This document shows, piece after piece, positions 9,725 through 18,846 of a stretch of DNA of 32,000 nt (position 1 is its first letter; the number at the start of each line of letters is the position of its first letter). The stretch is from contig JBMSAQ010000026.1 of NCBI GenBank assembly GCA_049414405.1, positions 1 to 32,000 of the forward strand. The letters are read 5' to 3'. Under the pieces are notes generated by a model that saw only the letters and a program-made list of their open reading frames with translations, did no database searches and was not told the origin of the DNA. A program made the translations under genes and the position numbers. The stretch comes from Candidatus Nanopusillus sp. GTDB lineage: Archaea > Nanobdellota > Nanobdellia > Nanobdellales > Nanobdellaceae.

Positions 9725-10053
9725 AATATTTTATATTATAAAAAATTTTATAAAATGTCTTTGCATTCACTTTAAAAAAATAGAAATAAACCTTCTTATT
9801 CCTTAAAATAATAAATTTTTTGTGATTTTAAAAAATTTGCCCTAAAATTTTTTCCATAGATAGTTTTTCCCTCTAAAGATATCTATAATTTTTCTGTTTA
9901 AAAATGTTGTTTATCAAAAAAATTTATAAACAATATTTATAAAATTTTTGATACACATACATCAAAATGTAAGCTAATTATATTATATTTGCCAGATTTT
10001 TATATACTACTAACTAGTAGTTAATTATTTTATTGGTATCTTCTTAAAAATAA
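9725..10053. other. Candidate replication origin plus cdc6 promoter region
   Basis: This is a 329-nt non-coding tract, unusually long for this genome, directly upstream of orc1/cdc6. It contains A/T homopolymer blocks, a near-palindrome aaaaatttataaacaatatttataaaattttt (about 9917-9949), an inverted repeat ATAGATA/TATCTAT (9856-9895) and a perfect palindrome ACTACTA-ac-TAGTAGT (10006-10021). I did not recognise a canonical ORB element. Confidence 0.35.
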
Positions 10054-11067
10054 TTATAACATATTTTGAAGACGGTGTTCTCTATAATCTTTTAAAATTT
10101 TCTTTAATCTTTCTCCATCAACGTTTTTTTCTAATACGTTAGACTTTTCCTCATAAAATTTTTCAACAATAACAAAATTTTTTAATTCCTTGAATCTATC
10201 TACAACATAAAATCTTGGAAAAACACTTTTAACTTCTACAAGATTCTCTTTTTTTACAAAAAATTTCACATCATTTCCTTTATAATACGAGATGTATTCT
10301 TCTTTAAATTCATCTATAAATATTTTATTATAATAAAGTTTATTCAAATATAAAAAAGAAATTTTTGGTATAACATTATCATTAATTTTTAATCTTTCTA
10401 TTAAAATCTTGGATAAAGTATTATAGTCGCTTAATAGATCGATATATTTTTTATTTAATTCTTCTAATGTTTTTTCCTTTTCTTCTTGATATTTCTTATT
10501 CTTTATGATAATTTTTATTATTTCAATGTCTTTTTTATCTATAAATCTTTTTCTTCTTTTATTATGTTTTTTTGTTTCTTTTTCTTTTTCTTTTAAATTA
10601 TTTTTTGCAGACACAACCTCTACTTTTCTATTTTTTAGTATATATCTTAATATTTTAACATATTCTTCTTGGCTTTTAGAAAATCTTTTAGCCTTTTCAA
10701 ATATTTCTTTTAATTTTTTTAATGCTTCAATTGCCGATATATAAGCATCAAATTCATGACTATTTTCAAATATATTCTTTAAATTTTCGTTTTTATAATA
10801 TTTATTTTTTATTTCTAAACCAATATCTTCCTTAGGCTTATATACACCAATATTTAGTTTTGATGCTATATCTAAAATTGTCTTAGGTATGTCTTTTTTA
10901 TCTGTAGCAATGAGTACAACATATTTTAAATTGCTTATATACCTAATTATGTCTTCATTTTGTATATTCTTTCCGCTTATTTTATCAATTATATTTCCAT
11001 TATCGTCTATAACAACTAACCCTAGATTTGTACCCGGATCTATCCCAACAATTAATGATTTTAGCAT
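10054..11067 (-). CDS. DUF460-family protein (RNase H-fold / RuvC-like N-terminus, coiled-coil middle)
   Basis: The N-terminus LIVGIDPGTNLGLVVIDDNGNII...ATD is typical of archaeal DUF460 (COG2433). Confidence 0.6.
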   Translation of the reverse strand: MLKSLIVGIDPGTNLGLVVIDDNGNIIDKISGKNIQNEDIIRYISNLKYVVLIATDKKDIPKTILDIASKLNIGVYKPKEDIGLEIKNKYYKNENLKNIFENSHEFDAYISAIEALKKLKEIFEKAKRFSKSQEEYVKILRYILKNRKVEVVSAKNNLKEKEKETKKHNKRRKRFIDKKDIEIIKIIIKNKKYQEEKEKTLEELNKKYIDLLSDYNTLSKILIERLKINDNVIPKISFLYLNKLYYNKIFIDEFKEEYISYYKGNDVKFFVKKENLVEVKSVFPRFYVVDRFKELKNFVIVEKFYEEKSNVLEKNVDGERLKKILKDYREHRLQNML

Positions 11068-11140
11068 TATTATATTTATTTTATTCTTCTCCTTAAAAGT
11101 CTATATCTTTTTTTAAATCTTACTAATATATTATAAATAA

Positions 11141-11503
11141 ATGCCGAATGATTGGTCATATTTAGTAGAATTGCAAAAGAATAAACCAGGTACTTTGGCA
11201 AAGATATTAAAACATAATGCACCAAAATACATAAAGGAAGAAGTAAGAAGATTAATTAAAGAAGGTAAAATTAAGAATATACAAGAATTAATACAAAAGG
11301 CAGTAAATGAAAAAAAGAGTTTAATAAAAGTATTAGAAGAATATGGAATAGAAAATAAGGAAAGAAGGTTTGGAAAGGGGGGTATAAGATGTATAATATG
11401 TAAATCTCATGATAGGGTTATTAGAAGATATAAAATAAAGATATGTGGAAGATGTTTTAGAGAAATGGCAAAAGAACTAGGATTTAAAGTTTTTGGAGAA
11501 TAA
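11141..11503 (+). CDS. rps14: Ribosomal protein uS14 (zinc-binding type) with a ~70-aa N-terminal extension
   Basis: The C-terminal 50 aa (RRFGKGGIRCIICKSHDRVIRRYKIKICGRCFREMAKELGFKVF) are canonical archaeal S14. There is no in-frame ATG/GTG/TTG between M1 and the S14 core. The stop overlaps the uS8 start (TAATG). Confidence 0.8.
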   Translation: MPNDWSYLVELQKNKPGTLAKILKHNAPKYIKEEVRRLIKEGKIKNIQELIQKAVNEKKSLIKVLEEYGIENKERRFGKGGIRCIICKSHDRVIRRYKIKICGRCFREMAKELGFKVFGE

Positions 11504-11877
11504 TGGTAGATATAATTAATGATTTTTTAGCCCATGCCACAAATTGTATAAATATTGGAAGAAGAAATGTGGAATTTAATTATTATAATAAACTATTATT
11601 AAATATTTTAGAAAAGTTAAAAGAACATAAATATGTTGAAGAATATAAAACAGAAGGAAAGAAAATAATTGTTAGATTTTCAGAATATTTCAATTTTGGA
11701 AAAGCGATACATCCAAAATACCCCATATCATATAAAGAATTAGAAAAGTATGAAAAAAGATATTTGCCAGCAAGCAGTTTTGGAATATTATTGATATCTA
11801 CTAATAGAGGCGTTAAAACAAATGAAGAATGTAAAAAAGAAAAAATAGGTGGTGTTTTAGTTGCAGTTGTCTATTAA
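11503..11877 (+). CDS. rps8: Ribosomal protein uS8
   Basis: It aligns along its full length to the archaeal S8 pattern (DFLAHATN..., [29 protein letters not shown]). Confidence 0.9.
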   Translation: MVDIINDFLAHATNCINIGRRNVEFNYYNKLLLNILEKLKEHKYVEEYKTEGKKIIVRFSEYFNFGKAIHPKYPISYKELEKYEKRYLPASSFGILLISTNRGVKTNEECKKEKIGGVLVAVVY

Positions 11878-12125
11878 AGTTTTCTTAAATACTCTTCTAA
11901 TTTATCTCTTAATTCTTTATTATTTATTATAGATTCTATTTCGGATAATTTTCCTTCTATAGATAATAATTTTCTATATAATATACCCAATGCAATCCAT
12001 ATCTGTACTTTTGAAGGATTATCAGAATTTTCATATACATCCCTATATTTTTTTGTTTCTTCTATTAATGATTTTATAAAGTCTCTAAATACAAGATCTA
12101 CGCTATCTTTCCAATCAGAGACCAT
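11874..12125 (-). CDS. Hypothetical helical protein (83 aa), translationally coupled to uL18
   Basis: The ORF overlaps the uL18 end by 11 nt. It shares a TTAA stop with convergent uS8. I recognised no family. Confidence 0.4.
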   Translation of the reverse strand: MVSDWKDSVDLVFRDFIKSLIEETKKYRDVYENSDNPSKVQIWIALGILYRKLLSIEGKLSEIESIINNKELRDKLEEYLRKL

Positions 12126-12711
12126 ATTCTTTTAATATTTTGTCTTTTACTTCTTCAAAATGTTCTACTATTTTTTCAGGTTCTAATCCAACTTTTAAAT
12201 ATCTTGAAAATTGTTTTTTATAATTTTCAGGATCTTTTTCTTTTAGCATTAATGCATAATTTTTTATATGTTCACCTCTTATTCTATCTTCAGAAGGTAG
12301 AATTTCTTCACTGTGTGGTATTTCTAATCCAGCGTCAATAGCACCTTTTAGTGCTGCATATAGCGAATTTCCCTTTGTAGAATGAAATCTTCCAATGTCT
12401 ACTATTGCTTCTTTAATCCCTCTTTTCTTTGCTTCTAAACCCGCTAATAAACCAATTAGATATGCTGTTGGTAAATTTCCTCTATGACCTTTCCATCCAT
12501 ATTTTTTTTCTAATACTTTTGAATGTATTGTGAATAATGTTTTATCTCCGTTTTCATTATATAATATTATTTGTGCTGATATATTATTTAAAAATCTTCT
12601 AACGACAAATCTTGGTTTTTTTGATTTTAATAACTTTAATCTCTTTCTGTAATCTGTAATATTCTTCCTTCTTCTTCTAAATTTTACTACATAAGTAGGA
12701 CCTGTAGCCAT
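12115..12711 (-). CDS. rpl18: Ribosomal protein uL18 (L5e family)
   Basis: [30 protein letters not shown]... and [13 protein letters not shown] match the archaeal L18 pattern. Confidence 0.9.
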   Translation of the reverse strand: MATGPTYVVKFRRRRKNITDYRKRLKLLKSKKPRFVVRRFLNNISAQIILYNENGDKTLFTIHSKVLEKKYGWKGHRGNLPTAYLIGLLAGLEAKKRGIKEAIVDIGRFHSTKGNSLYAALKGAIDAGLEIPHSEEILPSEDRIRGEHIKNYALMLKEKDPENYKKQFSRYLKVGLEPEKIVEHFEEVKDKILKEYGL

Positions 12712-12784
12712 TAAAGATATTTTTATAAGTAATTTTTTAAATTTAATTTAGTTAAATTTTAAATTAGTTTATATTCGAAATAGA

Positions 12785-14304
12785 TTACAATATTAAAAAT
12801 AATTCTTTTGGTACGTATAATATATTATCTCTAAATTCTAATTCATAATCTCCGATAACAATTCCATAATTTGATTTATACCTTTTCATACTACTTTTTA
12901 CTTGTTTTTCACCTTTTTGACTTTTTCCAAATTTAACTTCTACAGGTATTATTTTATTATTGTTAGTCTTTATTAAAAAATCTGCACCATTTTTATTAGG
13001 ATCGTAAAAAACCTTTATATTTAACATACTATGAGTTATTTGTATTTTATATAATGTTGAAGCTATATATTCTTCAAATAATAACCCAATATCTTCACTT
13101 TCCTTAAAAGTTCCTAAATCATCTTTTATCATAAATCTTATTGTTGGAGTTATAAAGCAATATTTTCTTTGTTTTCTGCTTATTTTTTCTTCTCTTCCTA
13201 ACGGTTTAATAGAAAAAATTAAAGAAGACATTTCTAAATATCTTAAAATATTCTGTACAGAATCTTTATTTATATTTAAACCTTTTGAAATATTTTCAAT
13301 GCTTGTTTTTTCTGCTCCTGCCAAATAATTTATAATTTTTATAGTATCTTCTATACTAGAAGATTTGATGTTCCCGATCTTAGGGATATCTAAATAAGAG
13401 ATTTTTTCGATTGTTTCTAGTAGTAATTGTTCAGAATCTTTTTTATATAATGCTGTAAAAGGAAAACCCCTAAATTTTAGGAAATCTTCAATTTCAAATG
13501 AATATAATTTTATTTTTTTATAGAGTTTTGAGATTTCAATATTATTAAAAAATTCTTTAGGAAATTCAGGAATAAATGTATCGTTATTTAATAATTTTAG
13601 TATTTTCTTTTTAAGTATTGCGGTTTTATGATATTCATCCGACTTTTTTAATATTTTCAAATATTCAATAAAGCTTAAAGGAAATAAATATTCTTTTTTA
13701 GCCCTTCTTGCCAAATCTGCACCAGTTTCTTTTTTTAATTCTAATGCGGAGGAACCCGTGGCAATTATAAATATATTTGGATATTCATCATAAATAATTT
13801 TTAATGTTAAAGCCCAATTTGGATTATGGTTTACCTCATCTAATAATAAAAATACGGATTTTTTAGAGGTTGCTAAATCTTCAGATAAAATCTTAGATTC
13901 ATAGACTTCTATACAAGACATTAAATCAGAATTGAGACTTTTTAATTTGTCTATAGATATAAACAGTATTCTTTCTCTAAATATATTCTTTTTTTGAATT
14001 AAATACAAATATATTTGATATAATAACGTCGTCTTACATGTTCCTCTTAATCCCGGTATGATAATTAATCTATTAATTTTTTCTTTTTTTCAAGAAAATT
14101 ATCTATGTGGTTTTTTATTCTAGAAAAAATATGTCTTGTTGGAAGAGGTTTATCATTAGGGTCTGTGGTATACTTTAAAGCCAACTTTTCTGTATACAGT
14201 ATTCTTTTTTTTAGGTAGGTTTTTAGTATATCAATATCTATGATATTGTAATAACATTTAATATTATAAATATTGTTATGTGTCATAATAATCGGTATTA
14301 ACAC
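12785..14304 (-). pseudogene. AAA ATPase with DUF4143 / PD-(D/E)xK-like C-terminus, interrupted by a -1 frame change (pseudogene, sequencing error, or programmed frameshift)
   Basis: The upstream ORF (14304-14065) ends ...IKNHIDNFLEKKKKLID*. The downstream frame is open from 14089 and reads KKEKINRLIIIPGLRGTCKTTLLYQIY, which is the P-loop, before the track's TTG start at 14008. The C-terminus reads ...GADFLIK...IPVEVKFGK. The frames overlap in a T6-C-T7 run (14077-14090). Confidence 0.7.
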
Positions 14305-14446
14305 GCCAATAACAACATACCGGTGTTTAGTATTTACATATATTGTTTTTTCATAGCTGTTGGTATATTAATATTATATTTGTATCCTAAAAATCAAGAT
14401 GAAAGTATAAATTATTATTGTACTAAATTTTGAGATAAAGAGAAAA

Positions 14447-17011
14447 TTATACTATCTTATTTAGTTCTTTTAAACTTCTTTTATCCAAATCTTTTAATAT
14501 TATCTGATACAAATTATCATTTTCATCAACAAACAAAATTTTATCATCAAAATTAAATATGTTTTTTGGAGAAATTACCTTTATTTCTAATTCTTTATTA
14601 TTTATAAAACTATTTAAAGTTATTGTTTCCCCTTCAACTTCTATTTTCTTTATTTTCTCTATTTTATATATTATAGAATTATATCTAATTGCATTTTCTA
14701 GTATTTTCCTTGAATTTTCATCTAAAATTGTATAATCTTCTAATAAAAATATTTCATTGAAATTATCATTATAAAATCCTATAAATTTTGGATTTGATAT
14801 TGGAAATAACAATTTAGGCATGATATTTTCATATTTTTTACCGTTATATATAATATTTACTCTACTAGGTCTATCAGTTGATTCTATTTTCATATTTTTA
14901 TCCTTTATTATATTTAAATTAAATATTTGGGGTTTTTCATTAACTTTTTCAATTCTTTCTATATTTTCTATTTGATTCTTAAACAATTCATAGAATTTTC
15001 CCTTTTTCTTAATTAATTCGTTAGGTTTTCCCTCTTCTACAATTCTTCCATCTTCTATAACAATAACCCTATCCATATTTAATATTTCCGACAAATTATG
15101 CGAAATATATATTAAAGTTTTATCCTTTGAAATATTTAATATAGAAGAAAAAATTTGTTCTCTACTTTTTGAATCAATATTCGATGTTAATTCATCAAAT
15201 ATAAATATATCGGAATTTCTTATTATATTTCTTGCAATTGCTATTTTTTGTCTTTGTCCTCCAGATAATTTTGTTCCTTCTTCTCCTGCCAGAGTATCAT
15301 ATGCAAATGGTAATTTAATTATATCATCATGTATATTTACGATCTTACATACTTTAATTATTTCTATCTCATTTATGTTTTGATTTCCATAAGATATATT
15401 ATATTTAATAGTATTATCAAAGATTTCTGGATTTTGAGATAAATAAGAAATTTTTTCTCTAAGATATTTTAAATCTATATCTTTTATATTTGTATTTCCA
15501 ATTAATATTTCTCCATCGGTTACATCATAAAATCTTAATAATAATTTCGTAATTGTCGTTTTTCCTGCACCATTTTTTCCAACGATAGCAACTTTTTCTT
15601 TTGGTTTTATTGTAAAAGAAATATTTTTTAATATAGGAAAACCCGGTTCATATCCAAATGTAACATTAACAAATTTTATTTCATCAATAATATTGGGTTT
15701 TAAAGCGTTTTCTTTATTTAATATTTTTGGTTTATCTTCTAATAATTCTAATATTCTTTCAGCGGAAATTAGAACGTTTGGTATATCTCTAAAAAACCTT
15801 TCGTATGTGATAAGTGGACCATAGATATTCGATGTATAAGTTATAAAAGCAATTAATGTACCCAACATAATCAAATCATTAATTACAAAGATTCCACCCA
15901 TGTACCACAAAAATACAGTAGTCAATTCTAATATAAGAAATGAAAAATCACCTCTCATTGTAATAAGTTTTCCCACTTTAATATCTATTAAATACCAAGA
16001 GTTTATTATGTTTTTTGTTTTTTCATATTCTTCCTTTTCTTTTGAGAACAGTTTGATACTGTAAAAATTCCTTAGAATATTATTTACTTGAGTTTCAACA
16101 TCTACAGACTTTATTCTGGCTTTTTTACTGGCTATTCTAATTTTTCTTTCATAAATTATAAAAATTGTAAAAATAACTGCTGTTGTAATTATTACAGGTA
16201 TTGCTAAAAAAGGCAATAGAAAGAAAAGTATAATAAGACTTCCAATAAGTAATAAAGTATCCATAATTACAATGGGCAATTTTAAAATAAGACTATTTAT
16301 CTCTTCTATATCAGATTGATATCTAACAATTAATCTAGAAGGAGAATATTTTTCTACAAAGGAAACATCGTTAAAAATTATGTGTCCTAATAATAGCTCT
16401 CTTATTTCTTTTGTAATTTTTGTTTGTATAATATTTGATAAAAAATTTCCTATCAAATATAAAAGCCTATAAGCAACGAATGATATTAACATTAAGAAAA
16501 TTATTGTGATAAATATGTCTAGTGATGGCGTTTCTGATATAAGAACTTTATTTATTAGTAGAGCCGTTAAATAAGGAGGAACCAGGTTTATTATAGTACC
16601 CACAATAAAGATAATAGTAATTAAAGCAAGTTCTTTCCTATATTTTTTAATAATTTGTATTAAAAACCCACATATTTCTTTCTTTGATCTTTTCTTTTCT
16701 TCTTCCTTTTCAATTATTTCTGTTTTTACTTTTAAATTAAATTCATCTACAATTTTTTGTATGTTATCTGCCTTTTTCTTTGTAAAATATGCAACCTCAA
16801 AAACATTTTTATCTTTATCTATTGCAATTAATTTACATATACTTATTCCATATTCTATATCTAACTTTTCTACATTATCAATTTCTAATATTTTATTATT
16901 ATTATTATCATATACAGAAATTTTATCATCTAAAATTTCAATAGTTTCTTCAGTAAAATTGAGATTTCTATCAAGATTGGTTTTAAATATCGCTTTAAAA
17001 TGATAAGTCAT
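14447..17011 (-). CDS. ABC exporter (fused TMD-NBD, MsbA-like) with an extra N-terminal ~110-aa domain and a C-terminal ~170-aa DUF1854-like domain
   Basis: The core has a six-helix TMD followed by an NBD (GKNGAGKTT, LSGGQRQKIAIAR, IFIFDELTS, SH). The C-terminal tail reads LFPISNP...LLEDYTILDENSRKILENA...ILFVDENDNLYQI...LDKRSLKEL. From memory this resembles DUF1854, which is normally a separate gene next to ABC exporters. Confidence 0.75.
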   Translation of the reverse strand: MTYHFKAIFKTNLDRNLNFTEETIEILDDKISVYDNNNNKILEIDNVEKLDIEYGISICKLIAIDKDKNVFEVAYFTKKKADNIQKIVDEFNLKVKTEIIEKEEEKKRSKKEICGFLIQIIKKYRKELALITIIFIVGTIINLVPPYLTALLINKVLISETPSLDIFITIIFLMLISFVAYRLLYLIGNFLSNIIQTKITKEIRELLLGHIIFNDVSFVEKYSPSRLIVRYQSDIEEINSLILKLPIVIMDTLLLIGSLIILFFLLPFLAIPVIITTAVIFTIFIIYERKIRIASKKARIKSVDVETQVNNILRNFYSIKLFSKEKEEYEKTKNIINSWYLIDIKVGKLITMRGDFSFLILELTTVFLWYMGGIFVINDLIMLGTLIAFITYTSNIYGPLITYERFFRDIPNVLISAERILELLEDKPKILNKENALKPNIIDEIKFVNVTFGYEPGFPILKNISFTIKPKEKVAIVGKNGAGKTTITKLLLRFYDVTDGEILIGNTNIKDIDLKYLREKISYLSQNPEIFDNTIKYNISYGNQNINEIEIIKVCKIVNIHDDIIKLPFAYDTLAGEEGTKLSGGQRQKIAIARNIIRNSDIFIFDELTSNIDSKSREQIFSSILNISKDKTLIYISHNLSEILNMDRVIVIEDGRIVEEGKPNELIKKKGKFYELFKNQIENIERIEKVNEKPQIFNLNIIKDKNMKIESTDRPSRVNIIYNGKKYENIMPKLLFPISNPKFIGFYNDNFNEIFLLEDYTILDENSRKILENAIRYNSIIYKIEKIKKIEVEGETITLNSFINNKELEIKVISPKNIFNFDDKILFVDENDNLYQIILKDLDKRSLKELNKIV

Positions 17012-17107
17012 AAAATATAAAAACCTTAAATGAGTTAAAAATTTTATCGTTATATATTATAAAACTTTATAGATAAATTTGTATAGATAAAAGTATATTT
17101 ATAATTT

Positions 17108-17347
17108 ATGCCTAAAGGACGGAAAATGGTTTCAATACAAGTAAGAGAGGAAGAATATAAAAAAGCAAAATAACCAGGTATTAATATTTCTGAAGTATTA
17201 AAGAAAGCACTAAGAGAAGAAATTAAAAGAAAAGAAGAAGAAAAAAGATTGGAGACAATAAAAAGGTTAGGAGAGTTATTAGAAAAATCAAGTATAACTC
17301 CAGAAGAAAATATAAAGATAATAAGAGAAATTAGAGAAGAAAATTAA
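17108..17347 (+). pseudogene. vapB: VapB-like ribbon-helix-helix antitoxin with an in-frame TAA
   Basis: My manual translation is MPKGRKMVSIQVREEEYKKAK*PGINISEVLKKALREEIKRKEEE...REIREEN. The internal stop is at 17171-17173. The gene ends 1 nt before the PIN gene's ATG. Confidence 0.6.
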
Positions 17348-17348
17348 A

Positions 17349-17748
17349 ATGAAATATACAATCAATACTTCTGCTTTAATAGATGTTGTGTTGAAGTTCT
17401 ATAAAGAAAACCCAAATTTTATAAACGGGTTAATTGAAGAGAGTATCTTTCCAGATTTAATATTTTATGAAATTGGAAGCTATTTAAGAAAGTATAAAGA
17501 AATAAAGAAAGTTTCTAATAATGAAATAAAAGAAATAACGGAATTATTTAATTATATAATCGGAAAAGCCAAAATAGAGGGCAAGATTAAATTATGAAAT
17601 TCTAGATTTATTAACAAAAGAAAATTTATCATACTATGATGCAGTATATTTATATTTAGCTAAGAAATATAATTTAATTTTAATTAGTGATGGTAAAGGT
17701 TTAATTGAAAAAGGTGCTGTAAGTTCTGATAATTTATTAAAAAATTAA
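17349..17748 (+). pseudogene. vapC: VapC-like PIN-domain toxin, frameshifted (+1) at about 17595
   Basis: The track ORF ends at 17597. The +1 frame continues as EILDLLTKENLSYYDAVYLYLAKKYNLILISDGKGLIEKG..., which is the PIN C-terminal half with its two Asp residues. The first catalytic Asp position reads Asn (TINTSALID). Confidence 0.65.
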
Positions 17749-17843
17749 AAATTTTGTTTATCTGAAATACTAGAAGAGTTGTTTCTGATTTTTAAAATTC
17801 TTTTATAGTGTTTTAGTAATCAGACATGGAATTATCCTCTACC

Positions 17844-18620
17844 CTAAAAAAATTCATATAAGAAACGATAATACAAAAGAGCTCTACTAACATAAATGTC
17901 TTTATTTGGATCTGTGTCTATTCCTATGCGGTTATTGATAATTCCTGCTTCATTCTTAATAATATAATAATTCATGTTCCCGCTTGGACGTATTATTGAT
18001 TTTTTCCCCTTAACGTTGTTTAGCTTATAAAGTAAATAACCCACTATGTGTGGGGGTATAGATTTATGAATGAAAATTCTTATGTGGGTACGATCTGGAT
18101 AGAATTCCATATAATATTGTATTGAGGGGTTATTAGTTCCGTTATAATAAGATATAGGCAAGCCTCTAGCTCCAACGTTTCCTATTGGCTTTTTTAATAT
18201 ATCAATCAAAGTTTCTTTTCGTTTTTCCGGATTTCCGGCTACATCGAATGCAATTTCTATATAATAATTGCTATTTGGATTTACTACATTATTATGTTTT
18301 GGTAAAGAATTAAAGAACTCTTTTCTTATTTTTTCTATTTTATCATCAAGATCTTCTAACATGTTAAAATACTGAGATACAATATGTAAATTTACAGAAA
18401 ATCCTCTAAAACGTGCAAATCGGTCAATAGAATTTAGTACCTTATCAATATTGTTCTTATTGATAGTACTAAAGTAAGGTTCTATTTTTTCTTTATTATG
18501 CTTTATATATTCTGCTATCTGTAATTTTTCATCATCTGAAAGATTCCATCTATTACTTATTGGTTTATAATAAGGATTAATATGCTTCTTAAATTCGGCC
18601 TTTATTTTATTTAGTACCAT
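17844..18620 (-). CDS. Hypothetical protein (258 aa), orphan
   Basis: A long uninterrupted ORF with no motif I recognise. Its composition (more G/P/R/H, locally higher GC) differs from the neighbouring genes. Confidence 0.5.
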   Translation of the reverse strand: MVLNKIKAEFKKHINPYYKPISNRWNLSDDEKLQIAEYIKHNKEKIEPYFSTINKNNIDKVLNSIDRFARFRGFSVNLHIVSQYFNMLEDLDDKIEKIRKEFFNSLPKHNNVVNPNSNYYIEIAFDVAGNPEKRKETLIDILKKPIGNVGARGLPISYYNGTNNPSIQYYMEFYPDRTHIRIFIHKSIPPHIVGYLLYKLNNVKGKKSIIRPSGNMNYYIIKNEAGIINNRIGIDTDPNKDIYVSRALLYYRFLYEFF

Positions 18621-18757
18621 ATAATAATAATAGTAATAATAATATTTATAAACATTATTTCTTTAAAATTCTAGTTTGTCTCCGAGTAGTTACTTATATG
18701 AATGCAAACCACCAGGTTTTATTAAAAATATTGAAAAAATGTAGTTTAAACAAAATC

Positions 18758-18841
18758 CGCCGCGGGTGGGATTTGAACCCACGCCCCCTTTCGGGGATAT
18801 GGTCTCCAGCCATACCCCTTGGTCCGCTCGGGCACCGCGGC
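18758..18841 (-). tRNA. tRNA-Ser (anticodon GGA), class II with long variable arm, no encoded CCA
   Basis: I folded the reverse complement by hand: GCCGCGG UG CCC GAGCGGACCAA GGG G UAUGG CUGGAGA CCAUA UCCCCGAAAGGGGGC GUGGG UUCAAAU CCCAC CCGCGGC G. Confidence 0.9.
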
Positions 18842-18846
18842 ATAAA

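Noticed and set aside
12712-12784. A tandem-looking AT repeat (taaatttaatttagt / taaattttaaattagt) upstream of uL18.
   Set aside because: It is imperfect, very short and pure A/T. It is most simply the uL18 promoter/TATA region rather than a distinct repeat element.
17749-18757. Possible integrated element targeting tRNA-Ser, which would require a duplicated tRNA 3' segment as an att site and an integrase.
   Set aside because: There is no partial copy of the tRNA-Ser 3' end and no integrase or recombinase ORF in the window. The other GGGATTTGAACCC matches are just the T-arms of tRNA-His and tRNA-Ala. Only the weaker remnant hypothesis is kept as a finding.
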